Virus record (IMG/VR): IMGVR_UViG_3300021197_001961
Location: 1-59,055 of that record
Direction: 5' to 3' (one strand)
Origin: a virus
Lineage: Duplodnaviria > Caudoviricetes
DNA length: 59,055 nucleotides
The notes beneath the pieces were generated by a model. The model did not search any database and was not told where the DNA came from. It was given only the letters and a program-made list of their open reading frames with translations. Positions 45,875 to 54,736 of the stretch are shown here, in pieces. Positions within the stretch are counted from its first letter, which is position 1; every line of letters begins with the position of its first letter. Position numbers and translations under genes: made by a program.

Positions 45875-45877
45875 AAT

Positions 45878-46828
45878 TTACCATATAAAATTTTCCTTAT
45901 AATATAAGACTATAGACTGTATCTCATTATCAAAAAGCTTTTTTGGCTCCCAGCCCAGACCACGTAGTTTTGTATCGTCAAGTGCATAACGAACATCTTG
46001 ACCAACACGAGAATATGAAAAATCTAAGTATCTCTCAACACGGTCAATATTACCATAGTAGTGCCTGATGATCTTCTTTACTGTGTCAATGTTTTGCTGC
46101 TCGAACCCGCCGGCGACGTTGTAGACCTCATTCGTAGCACCCGAATCAACAATCGCCATAACAGCTGCAGCAGTATCGTCGGCATGTAACCAATTTCTAT
46201 ATGGGGTACCATCATTGTGAAGTCTGATCTTCTTTCCTCTCATAAGGTTTTTAACAGAAAGGGGGATCAACTTCTCTGGATACTGACCAATTCCATAATT
46301 GTTGGTAGGTCGTAAAATATTATAATTCAACCCATAAGTTCTAGCCCAAGCAAAGATTAACATATCCCCGGCTGCCTTTGATGCTGAATATGGGTTGCTT
46401 GGCTTAAGAATATCTTCTTCTGTGTGGGTGCCTTGTGTAATATCTCCGTATACCTCATCTGTGCTAATATGCAGTAAAATGGGTCTACTGTTACAGTTTT
46501 CCTGTTTACCTCTGATTAATTCTAAGAGATTCTTTACTCCCAAGATGTTTGTATTTATGAATTCGTCACTGCTTACGATGCTGTTGCCGACGTGTGATTC
46601 TGCAGCGTAGTTAATAACATAGTCGCAGTCATAGAGGTGTTTTAAGTTTTTGATGTCGACTGCTTCAAACTTAAAGTTGTCATACCTTTTAAATTCCTCT
46701 AGCAATTTTGGATTGGCTGCATAAGTTAGCTTATCAACCCCGTATACCATCCAGCCTCGGTCTAGGCACCTTCTGGTTGCATAAGCACCCATAAAGCCTA
46801 AACATCCCGTGATATAAACTATTTTCAC
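45878..46828 (-). CDS. rfbB: NDP-glucose 4,6-dehydratase, RmlB/RfbB-like, 316 aa
   Basis: ITGCLGFMG, VDKLTYAAN, AAESHVGNSI, HISTDEVYG, PSNPYSASKA, NNYGIGQYPEKLIP, RNWLHADD, GQDVRYALD. Confidence 0.88.
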   Translation of the reverse strand: MKIVYITGCLGFMGAYATRRCLDRGWMVYGVDKLTYAANPKLLEEFKRYDNFKFEAVDIKNLKHLYDCDYVINYAAESHVGNSIVSSDEFINTNILGVKNLLELIRGKQENCNSRPILLHISTDEVYGDITQGTHTEEDILKPSNPYSASKAAGDMLIFAWARTYGLNYNILRPTNNYGIGQYPEKLIPLSVKNLMRGKKIRLHNDGTPYRNWLHADDTAAAVMAIVDSGATNEVYNVAGGFEQQNIDTVKKIIRHYYGNIDRVERYLDFSYSRVGQDVRYALDDTKLRGLGWEPKKLFDNEIQSIVLYYKENFIW

Positions 46829-48156
46829 TTTAATCCCTCAAAGAATTCCTTAACAGTTTGCTCAATATAGTCGAGCTTGTCGTCAGTGAGACCAATGAAG
46901 GTTCCAAGGAAGAATGAATTTGTTGTGACCAGTTGAGCAATGGGGAAGGTTTCATTCATATCTCCATATTCTGATGCCATATGATAATAGCCCGGATGCG
47001 CAAGAATATTGCCAGAAAAGTAAGACCGCGTTTGAATTTTGTGCTTTTCTAGCCAGGAAACCATATCTTGTCGCCCAAATGGTGCGTCCTCCTTGACAGT
47101 CATCAAAAACGCAAACCAGCAGGGATCAGCCTTCTCAGTTGCCTTTGGAAGATGAAGATATTCGACATAAGGTTCAAAGATCTTCATTAGACGATCAAAA
47201 TTCTTTCGACGAGCAGCATCAAATTCAGGTAATTTCTCTAACTGCTGAAGACCCATTGCTGCCTGCATATCTAATGGCTTAAGATTGTACCCAATCTCCT
47301 CAAAAACATAGCGATGGTCATAGACGGCTTCTCGCAGCCCTGGGAGCCAATCGCGGAACCTGTTACCACAAGCAGTTCCTTCGAGCACAGAACCCGGCTT
47401 AGAGGTGTTACAATAGCATGCACGACCCCAATCTCGAATACTAGCCACTGCTGTTCGGATTTTATTATCGTTTGTTGCCACAAAGCCACCCTCACCCATT
47501 GTCATATGGTGAGCTGGGAAGAAAGAGCAAGTGGAGATGTGACCAAAAGACCCTAATTTCTTACCATCATAGGTGGAGCCAAGTGCGTCACAGGAGTCCT
47601 CAACAAAAATAAGATCATACTTTTCAACAAGACCCATCAGACGATCCATGTCGGGTGGGTTCCCTAGAACATGAGCAAACACGATACCCTTGATCTCAGG
47701 ATCGCTCTCTAAGGCTCTCTCAACTTGATCTAGGTCTAAGTTGAGGTCAGGTAGCGTTACATCCACGAAGACCGGCTGAAAGCCGTTCTGGATGATGGGG
47801 TTGATAGTTGTGGGGAAACAGACAACCGGGGTAATAAGCTTTGAACCCTCTTTGAGGTTATAAAGTCGTTTTGATTTAAGGGCAGAGATCGCCAATAGGT
47901 TAGCTGAGCTTCCTGAATTAGTTAAAGAGCCATACTTCATTCCCAAGTGTTCGGGGAATTGTTTTTCAAACTGGCGCGCATTCTTTCCGAAAATAAGCCA
48001 CCCAGAAAGCAGCTGCTTTACCGCGGCAACGTATTCTTCTCCATCGAACATTGGTCCCGAGTATGCTACCCAGTCCTTGCCGGGAGCCCAATCCTTCTTG
48101 GTCTCCTCTACGTGTTTTCTTACTAACTCTTCGATCTGCTCCAAAGTGTCAGACAT
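46825..48156 (-). CDS. rfbH: NDP-4-keto-6-deoxyglucose 3-dehydratase (RfbH/DdhC, E1), 443 aa
   Basis: TNSGSSANL, FPTTINP, AHVLGNP, EDSCDALGS, SFFPAHHMTMGEGG (His replaces the PLP Lys), DWGRACYC...CGNRF, YDHRY (Fe-S ligands), GYNLK. Confidence 0.92.
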   Translation of the reverse strand: MSDTLEQIEELVRKHVEETKKDWAPGKDWVAYSGPMFDGEEYVAAVKQLLSGWLIFGKNARQFEKQFPEHLGMKYGSLTNSGSSANLLAISALKSKRLYNLKEGSKLITPVVCFPTTINPIIQNGFQPVFVDVTLPDLNLDLDQVERALESDPEIKGIVFAHVLGNPPDMDRLMGLVEKYDLIFVEDSCDALGSTYDGKKLGSFGHISTCSFFPAHHMTMGEGGFVATNDNKIRTAVASIRDWGRACYCNTSKPGSVLEGTACGNRFRDWLPGLREAVYDHRYVFEEIGYNLKPLDMQAAMGLQQLEKLPEFDAARRKNFDRLMKIFEPYVEYLHLPKATEKADPCWFAFLMTVKEDAPFGRQDMVSWLEKHKIQTRSYFSGNILAHPGYYHMASEYGDMNETFPIAQLVTTNSFFLGTFIGLTDDKLDYIEQTVKEFFEGLK

Positions 48157-48974
48157 TTTTGTATTCCTCCTTCAACACCTAAAAGGTCCAAGTTTAAACC
48201 TTGCAACCCCTGGCTATTACCCGTGTAGGGTTTACCATTATTTGGATTCTCTATGATAACATCATTTTTACTTTTTGTGAAATTTTTAACCATTATTGCA
48301 ATATCATGGAGAGTTATTTTTTGATCATAACACACGTTGATATCCTTGGGCAATTCCCTGTCAGAAGATAGATAAAATTTCAATATACGGCAAAGATCGC
48401 CCACAAAGATATAATCCATCTCTTTGTTCTGATGAATGAAAGCATCCTGTCCGGACATTAGCTTAGTATAACAACTCTTAATAAGTCTTTGAGGGTTTTC
48501 ACGAGGTCCAAAGCACCCAAATAGCCGAAAATTAACTATATTTTGATAATTATCAAAAATATTTCTAGCAATTAGATTCTTCACAAGACCATAATAATCT
48601 TGCGGAAGTCTTTCAAATAACTCTTCTTCTGACACTTTGTCTATCACACCTGAACGATCAAACTCCGCGCCGGATCCAAAATTAATCATGAGTTTGAACT
48701 TATCAGAGTGCGATGCGAGGTTCTGAAACATTGAGATATTTTCAAAGAATGCAGATATATCATCCTTATCTAACCGCTTTCCACCATTAATCGCAGTATG
48801 AACGACGTAGTCTATGCGGTTCTCCGAAAAAAAGTTATCCACCTGTTGGCGGTCGGACACATCTAATGTGCTTCTGTTTGTGGAGATAATCTCAAACTTA
48901 TTGCTTTTTTTAAATTCGGAGTAGATCTCTCTGGCGATAAAGCCGTTACCTCCGGTCAACAATATTCTTTCCAC
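48123..48974 (-). CDS. NAD-dependent epimerase/dehydratase/reductase (extended SDR), ~283 aa
   Basis: ILLTGGNGFIA, FGSGAEFD, YGLVK, RLFGCFGP. GTG start at 48974 overlaps the upstream TAG. Confidence 0.85.
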   Translation of the reverse strand: MERILLTGGNGFIAREIYSEFKKSNKFEIISTNRSTLDVSDRQQVDNFFSENRIDYVVHTAINGGKRLDKDDISAFFENISMFQNLASHSDKFKLMINFGSGAEFDRSGVIDKVSEEELFERLPQDYYGLVKNLIARNIFDNYQNIVNFRLFGCFGPRENPQRLIKSCYTKLMSGQDAFIHQNKEMDYIFVGDLCRILKFYLSSDRELPKDINVCYDQKITLHDIAIMVKNFTKSKNDVIIENPNNGKPYTGNSQGLQGLNLDLLGVEGGIQKCLTLWSRSKS

Positions 48975-49450
48975 TATCGCACCAAGTTTAGGTAGGAGGG
49001 TTTGCCGTTTTCCACAAGAGTGTCCAAGATACATCTAAGCTCCTCTTCCTGCTCTGGATGGTACACGTCAATGTTATCGAAGCAGTCCATAATTCTTCGA
49101 TCGTCCTCAGCCCAGTGGGTGAACCCAAGTTTCCCGTAGTCTCTATCCCTACCACCGCCGATAAGCTTGACGGGAATTTGTTCGTGATCCAGATAATTTC
49201 TAATAAATTCAAAGGGTCGATATAGAAGGAACGGGGTTATAGAATACACAAATGGGATCTTGCCTTCCATAGCCATACCGCTGGCTGCGCCAAGCATAAG
49301 TTGCTCGGAGGAGCCTACGTTCCGAAAGCGTCTTGGAAAGTCTAATCGAATTTTGTCCCACAATCCATATCCCAGATCACCGGTTAAGACCACGATGCGA
49401 GGATCAACACTCATCTTCTCGTGTAATAACTGACTAAATGCTTTTCTCAC
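48974..49450 (-). CDS. Transketolase-like pyrimidine-binding subunit (short, ~158 aa, lacks C-terminal domain)
   Basis: LTGDLGYG, RFRNVGSSEQLMLGAASGMAMEG, RPFEFIRN, LGFTHWAEDD. GTG at 49450 with SD GGAGG. Confidence 0.85.
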   Translation of the reverse strand: MRKAFSQLLHEKMSVDPRIVVLTGDLGYGLWDKIRLDFPRRFRNVGSSEQLMLGAASGMAMEGKIPFVYSITPFLLYRPFEFIRNYLDHEQIPVKLIGGGRDRDYGKLGFTHWAEDDRRIMDCFDNIDVYHPEQEEELRCILDTLVENGKPSYLNLVR

Positions 49451-50084
49451 TTGCGTCCTCCAACATTGATACCGCTTGTTTGTAGTCATGCTCTTTCATA
49501 ATATGATAATGTGCGTTTAAGCCTCGTAAGAATGGGAAATGATTAACATCGCTGTGTAAGATATTCACACCCGGTAGGAATGCGCGAAGACGTCTTTCTA
49601 GATACTGTTCGTCAACAGCGTCATATGCTGCATACCCGTTGAGGTTGGCGTATATTCGAATGTTCTCCACCCTATTCTCGTGAATGAACTTTAAGGACTC
49701 CCACACAACGCCCTCGGCGCTCTCGCCATCGCTAATCAGACAATGAACCGTTACATCAGGGCGCGCTAATGCTCTGCCAACGGCTACTGAGATACCCATT
49801 CCGAGACTACCAGTGGAGCAATAGATCTTATCGTTGTCGTCCCTGTGAGGGTGTCCGCCATGCTTATTAAACAAGTATTCAGCATCGATGCCGTGGTATT
49901 TTTCTAATACAGCATAGAGTGCTAGCGCGGCGTGTCCACAAGAGAGGATAAATATGTCATCGTCGCCCATAACTGAAAAAATGTTATCGACTATATCCAA
50001 ACAAGAGAAATAACTTCCCAAGTGAGACAAGTTGTTCTTATAAGCAATGTCGAGGACCCTTCGCTTGAGTATTAAGTCTTCCAT
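49434..50084 (-). CDS. Transketolase-like thiamine diphosphate-binding subunit, 216 aa
   Basis: SHLGSYFS, FILSCGHA, GGHP, STGSLGMG, LISDGESAEGVVWES...NLNG (GDG-X-N type ThDP motif), NAHY. Confidence 0.88.
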   Translation of the reverse strand: MEDLILKRRVLDIAYKNNLSHLGSYFSCLDIVDNIFSVMGDDDIFILSCGHAALALYAVLEKYHGIDAEYLFNKHGGHPHRDDNDKIYCSTGSLGMGISVAVGRALARPDVTVHCLISDGESAEGVVWESLKFIHENRVENIRIYANLNGYAAYDAVDEQYLERRLRAFLPGVNILHSDVNHFPFLRGLNAHYHIMKEHDYKQAVSMLEDASEKSI

Positions 50085-50806
50085 TTAGTTCCCCAGTGTT
50101 CTTGTATCATAGCATCGTAATTAATTTGCTCTTTTTGAACTTTCCAGGTTGCTTGGTCTTCGTGCCAGCGATAATAGAATCCTAGCCAGAAAGGCGCCGG
50201 ATATATAAACACCCCGCTGTCGGCTAGTTGGCAATACAGATCATAGTCGGCAGCGCCGCCATATTTCTCTGGGTTTGTCTTTAACAAACCATCCCTAAAA
50301 AGAGAAGTGTTGTACATGACTGTTGGAGTGTTTACCGGGCACCTCTCTAGGCACTCCTCCTTGAATTCTTGTATGCTCTTGTAAGAATGGGCTATTGTGC
50401 TCGTGACTCTACCAGTATTCGAATGTATGCCCGTTATTGGACTTTGCATGGCAAGAATATCACTTGGTCTTGCTTTGAAGAACTTCATATTATTTGCAAT
50501 AAAGTCTTTATGCAGAAAGTCGTCAGAACCCATCACCAGCACATAGTCCCCCGTCATTAGCTTGAAACCTTGAGACCGAGGCTCATCCCAACAATTGGGA
50601 TACACATTCTTCGCAGACGACAAGATAAGGTCTGGGTATTCTTCTTTTACTTTCTCTGCGATTGCCACACTATTGTCGGTGCTCTCATTATCAACAAAAA
50701 TAACCTCAGTGTTATCATATGTTTGTGATAAAGCTGTGACTAATGCTTGTTCAATCCACTTCTCACTATTGTAGCACGGAATGATTATTGAAGCTCTAGG
50801 ATTCAT
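50072..50806 (-). CDS. Glycosyltransferase family 2 (GT-A), 244 aa
   Basis: SIIIPCYN, QTY, VDNESTDNS, GDYVLVMGSDD, AADYDLY, YYRWH. Confidence 0.9.
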   Translation of the reverse strand: MNPRASIIIPCYNSEKWIEQALVTALSQTYDNTEVIFVDNESTDNSVAIAEKVKEEYPDLILSSAKNVYPNCWDEPRSQGFKLMTGDYVLVMGSDDFLHKDFIANNMKFFKARPSDILAMQSPITGIHSNTGRVTSTIAHSYKSIQEFKEECLERCPVNTPTVMYNTSLFRDGLLKTNPEKYGGAADYDLYCQLADSGVFIYPAPFWLGFYYRWHEDQATWKVQKEQINYDAMIQEHWGTKWKT

Positions 50807-51710
50807 TATTTAAACTCAACATTGTCTTTACTCTTTCGATGTAGGTGTGTTTAGATAATATATTTTCACGATTCTTAGCCTTGGCTCCCAACAAAAGACT
50901 ATCTGGTTGGACACAAATCTCTTTGGTTATTTTCAACATTTCTTTTGGATTAGTTGCTAGGGGAACATTCGGAAATAAGCCCTTTAGGCATTCGACATTA
51001 TCTGAAACAAGTATACCACACAGACCTAGAGATTTAAATGTGCGTTCATTCGTATCTACACCTAGGTTATGTTGATATGCGTCATGGATGTTCAGTGCTA
51101 CCTTGCTCAAGGATAGTAGGCTGTTCTCTTTTTCGTGTGATATACCCTGATTGACGGCAAACCCACACCTTAGCCCCGAACCCTTGAATACAGATAGGTA
51201 ATCTATGATTATTTTCTTTTTTTCGTCAAATCCATTGTTTGCCCAGCCGCCCACGTAACACACATCAAAAGAATACTTATCTTTACTTAAGTCCTTATAA
51301 TTTTCTGAATCGTATGCCAGTGGGATATAGTGAACATCGTCCCATTCTTTGTAAAAATTGGTTTTTGCAGCGTCCACAAAAGACCATTTAAATATGTTAG
51401 TTAAGCTATTGATACGAAGAGTTAGATCTCTTGGCACCTGAGAGATAAAATTAGGATGACTACCCCAGGGCATTGGGAATGTGTGCGGCTGCACAAATAA
51501 GTATGCGCGCGAGGCGTTTTCTAAAATCTTGACATGCTCCTCAGACCTTATATCGTGGTCGATAGCCATTATTTGATAGTCTTCATCTTTGATATCAGAT
51601 AAGTTGTTGTATAGAACTGCCTCGTGCCCTAAAGATTCCCAGGCAGATTTATACCCTCTATAAATCCACTTGCCGGCGGCAAATGGGTGGTCCTTAATAT
51701 AAACCCTCAT
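50796..51710 (-). CDS. CgeB-like GT-B glycosyltransferase, 304 aa
   Basis: YIPLAYD, YSFDVCYVGG, SKVALNIH, NERTFKSLGLCG, HTYIERVKTML. Confidence 0.78.
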   Translation of the reverse strand: MRVYIKDHPFAAGKWIYRGYKSAWESLGHEAVLYNNLSDIKDEDYQIMAIDHDIRSEEHVKILENASRAYLFVQPHTFPMPWGSHPNFISQVPRDLTLRINSLTNIFKWSFVDAAKTNFYKEWDDVHYIPLAYDSENYKDLSKDKYSFDVCYVGGWANNGFDEKKKIIIDYLSVFKGSGLRCGFAVNQGISHEKENSLLSLSKVALNIHDAYQHNLGVDTNERTFKSLGLCGILVSDNVECLKGLFPNVPLATNPKEMLKITKEICVQPDSLLLGAKAKNRENILSKHTYIERVKTMLSLNNES

Positions 51711-52630
51711 TTATAAATTTGCTCAATAGTTTTTGACAGCCGAACTCTGGATTGATGGTCCTTGCAAAACCTTCTGTGTCCATTGTCTGCTAGCTTTTGA
51801 GCTACATTGGTATTCTTGAGAAGATACTTTATTTTATTGATCATCTCTGTTTCATTCTTGAAGCACACTATTTCTTTATCAAGAGTGAAGTAGTCCTCTA
51901 TACCTGGGACATACTCTGTAACTAGGAGAGATTTAGATGCCACAATCTCAAACATTCTGCCCTTCATTTGCGGCTGCATGTTCGCAGCGTTTTTGCTAAA
52001 GTTCAACCCTATTAGCGAGGAGGCATAAGAATAAGCCAGATCTTCAAACCCAACATTCTTTGGGCGCAAAACAGGTATGCTTGCAGATTCCAATGCGTTT
52101 AAAAACATAAGACGATCGCCGGATGGGGCTCCGATAAAAGATGTACGTGGTTGCTTTAGGGTTGGTATTGAGCCATAAAAATCTAAATTGGCGTGCCACG
52201 TAGCATCGATGATATTGTCATAACCAATTTCTTGATATTTCTCTACAAATCTTTTTTCCGGAGTGGAACAGGCGTGAAATAAGTGGCAAACTTTCTTAGA
52301 AAATGATTCAAATCTCCAAGAATCATCACAAAACCAGTTGAAGGTTTTAAGGCGACCTTTCTGTGTTTCTAGGGCAATCGTCTCCCACGGCTCTCTTGGG
52401 GCATAGTTTGCGTCTCCCGTCATAATACAAAAAAGAAGATCGGGCTTCTTGCCTTCGATCTCCTCTTTTAATTCCTTGTCACCCAAAATAGATGTATCAA
52501 AGAACGTTACATTATGCCCTAAAGATACAAGAGGAAAATAAAAATTCCAGAATGCATAGTCAAATCTGAAACCGTTGTCAGACTGCTTGTGGTCTGAAAT
52601 ACTCTTCGGAGCAACAAGGAAGATGTTCAT
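51707..52630 (-). CDS. CgeB-like GT-B glycosyltransferase, 307 aa
   Basis: NWFCDDSWRF, SFIG, SLIGLNFS, KGRMFEIVAS, EDYF..DKEIV.F, IKYLL..A.NGHRR..KDH...RL. Confidence 0.82.
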   Translation of the reverse strand: MNIFLVAPKSISDHKQSDNGFRFDYAFWNFYFPLVSLGHNVTFFDTSILGDKELKEEIEGKKPDLLFCIMTGDANYAPREPWETIALETQKGRLKTFNWFCDDSWRFESFSKKVCHLFHACSTPEKRFVEKYQEIGYDNIIDATWHANLDFYGSIPTLKQPRTSFIGAPSGDRLMFLNALESASIPVLRPKNVGFEDLAYSYASSLIGLNFSKNAANMQPQMKGRMFEIVASKSLLVTEYVPGIEDYFTLDKEIVCFKNETEMINKIKYLLKNTNVAQKLADNGHRRFCKDHQSRVRLSKTIEQIYK

Positions 52631-53472
52631 TACAGTTCAAGCGCCTTTTTTATCATATCAGGGATATCTTTTCTCTTCCGAACCATAACTTCTATTAGGT
52701 CCTCTCCTCGTAATTTAAACCATTCCTCTTTTGAGGCGCCCACAAGATTGTTTGTTATGACCGTCATATCCATCATTCTTGCTTCCACAACTATTCGAGA
52801 AAGTGTCTCTGGTGTTTTCGGAAAAAATACCAAAGATTCGTTATTCCCTAAACGTCTTAAGAAATCCCTATAAGGTAGACTAGGAATTAATTCATACTCT
52901 AGACTTTTTGCCTTACAATACATAATTGAGTCGGTTGTGTTCTTATGTGGTATGCTTGATTGCATTATAGAGCATCTACCTACCTTCTTTATATTTGACA
53001 TTTCCTTCAGCAAAGAAAGATCATCGGCTGACCACAGATTTCCTCCGAGACTTATAATGTTATCAATTTGAAGGTTCTTGTATACTATATTTTTGTGAAA
53101 CGTAGACTGACACAAAACAGCGGAAGCAGATTTATAAAACTGTCTGTTTATTATCTCATCTGGGGGAGCCTTAAACTGTGGGTAAGTTGCCGGGTTTCTG
53201 CTTTTTAAGTATTTGTGGTCATGTTCGTAAATGACATATTTTTCACTAGCTAATGCCGACTTAACTTGTTGGCTTAGATTGACAAAATTGGCAATAATAA
53301 ATACAGAGCCCTTAAAATTGTTAACTATTTGCTGACTTATTAAGTGACTTTGAAATCTATGTACCTTATATCCCTGAAGTGTTAATATGTTGATGAACTC
53401 TTCATTGTTGATTTCTCCGCCGCCCAAAATATGCTCGACGAAGAAATCAGCTACGAATACTACATTAGTCAT
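52630..53472 (-). CDS. Putative GT-B glycosyltransferase (divergent), ~280 aa
   Basis: GGGEINN N-terminal loop, YEHDHKY, LVFFPKTPETLSRIVVEARMM (E-x7-E GT4-like motif). Embedded among other GT genes. Confidence 0.7.
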   Translation of the reverse strand: MTNVVFVADFFVEHILGGGEINNEEFINILTLQGYKVHRFQSHLISQQIVNNFKGSVFIIANFVNLSQQVKSALASEKYVIYEHDHKYLKSRNPATYPQFKAPPDEIINRQFYKSASAVLCQSTFHKNIVYKNLQIDNIISLGGNLWSADDLSLLKEMSNIKKVGRCSIMQSSIPHKNTTDSIMYCKAKSLEYELIPSLPYRDFLRRLGNNESLVFFPKTPETLSRIVVEARMMDMTVITNNLVGASKEEWFKLRGEDLIEVMVRKRKDIPDMIKKALEL

Positions 53473-54736
53473 GGGTCTCAACGTCTAGGTTTGAGAGCCA
53501 ATCTTCGACGTCAAATTCTTCCCTTTTGTAGACTGCTTCGCAAAATTCAGAATACTTTACCTCAGCAGTAAAGTTTTTCTCCAAGTGTGACCTTAGAGTC
53601 TTAGCCATCCCCTTAAAGCGATTAACGTCTTTATACATTTCTCTCAGGCGATTCTTATAGCTTGCCTCTTTTGCATAACACCATTGAGAGTCGGCATCTA
53701 AGACGTTCTCCCAAACTGATTCTGGCATAATTGGCTTCATTTCATACTCTACAGTCGAAAAGAAAGGTGCGATCTTGGTTGTTGTCTTCTTATTCTTCTT
53801 CTTGACCTTCTTGGGAGCGTGAAGGAAATCTTTATGCCCACTCCAGTTTGGGGCGATTATCGGCATCTCATTATAGGCAGCTTCAAAAAGTGGCAATCCA
53901 AATCCCTCACCATGCGTGAGGGACACCATACATTTTATTTTCGGATTCGTGTAAAGAGAAGTCATCTCCTCATTGGTCATATATCCGTGAAGCAGGTAGA
54001 CCTTGCATGTTCTGTTATCATACTCTCGCAAAATATTTCGAAGCCTTGAGATTGTGATGTCACGGTCAATCGAAGAATTTTTAAACAAATTGGTTTTGAC
54101 AACCAACCCAACTGGATCATCTTTGAATTCCTCAATCCACCAACGAATTGTGTTTTCTAGATTCTTTCGAGGTCCCCACTGGGACACAGTGAGGAAATTG
54201 AAATCATAGTCGAGTGAAATATCTATAGGTGCAGCCTTATATTTTCTTACAGGATAATGCACCACATCTACCGGAGTTTCGCACTTGTAGAGAAAGGTAT
54301 CGCCACCGTTGTCCGGGGTTGCTTCATACACAGTATCCACGAATGTATCCCTAGAGTGATTAGAGATCGTAATAATCTTATCCATAAGCCGACTTTTCTC
54401 AATCCAAAGACCAGAGATCTTTGTGCTCTCTATGCCGGCAGTGTAACCAATATTAATCGGAGTCAACTTTTCCCACTCATTTGGAATTGTAACTTGAAGT
54501 GACATATCAAAACTACCACCGTTATGAAGATGAAGTCCTGTTTTTCGAATTAGATTGTCGATCCAATCTCTGTCTGGATCATTTGGTAGTAACCAACTGC
54601 TGTTGCCCCAGTTTGTTGGCTTCAAATAAACATCAAATCTATCTGACTCAGACATTAGCGACCTGAGTGCAAAGCGGCACTGCTCGCCATATCCAGTTTG
54701 TGATAGCGCTGGACCTACAACTATAATCTTTCTCAT
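53465..54736 (-). CDS. Glycosyltransferase family 4 (GT-B), ~423 aa
   Basis: SQTGYG, QWGPRKN, SLTHGEGFGLPLFEAAYNEMPIIAPNWSGHKDF. ATGA overlap at 54736. Confidence 0.88.
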   Translation of the reverse strand: MRKIIVVGPALSQTGYGEQCRFALRSLMSESDRFDVYLKPTNWGNSSWLLPNDPDRDWIDNLIRKTGLHLHNGGSFDMSLQVTIPNEWEKLTPINIGYTAGIESTKISGLWIEKSRLMDKIITISNHSRDTFVDTVYEATPDNGGDTFLYKCETPVDVVHYPVRKYKAAPIDISLDYDFNFLTVSQWGPRKNLENTIRWWIEEFKDDPVGLVVKTNLFKNSSIDRDITISRLRNILREYDNRTCKVYLLHGYMTNEEMTSLYTNPKIKCMVSLTHGEGFGLPLFEAAYNEMPIIAPNWSGHKDFLHAPKKVKKKNKKTTTKIAPFFSTVEYEMKPIMPESVWENVLDADSQWCYAKEASYKNRLREMYKDVNRFKGMAKTLRSHLEKNFTAEVKYSEFCEAVYKREEFDVEDWLSNLDVETHD

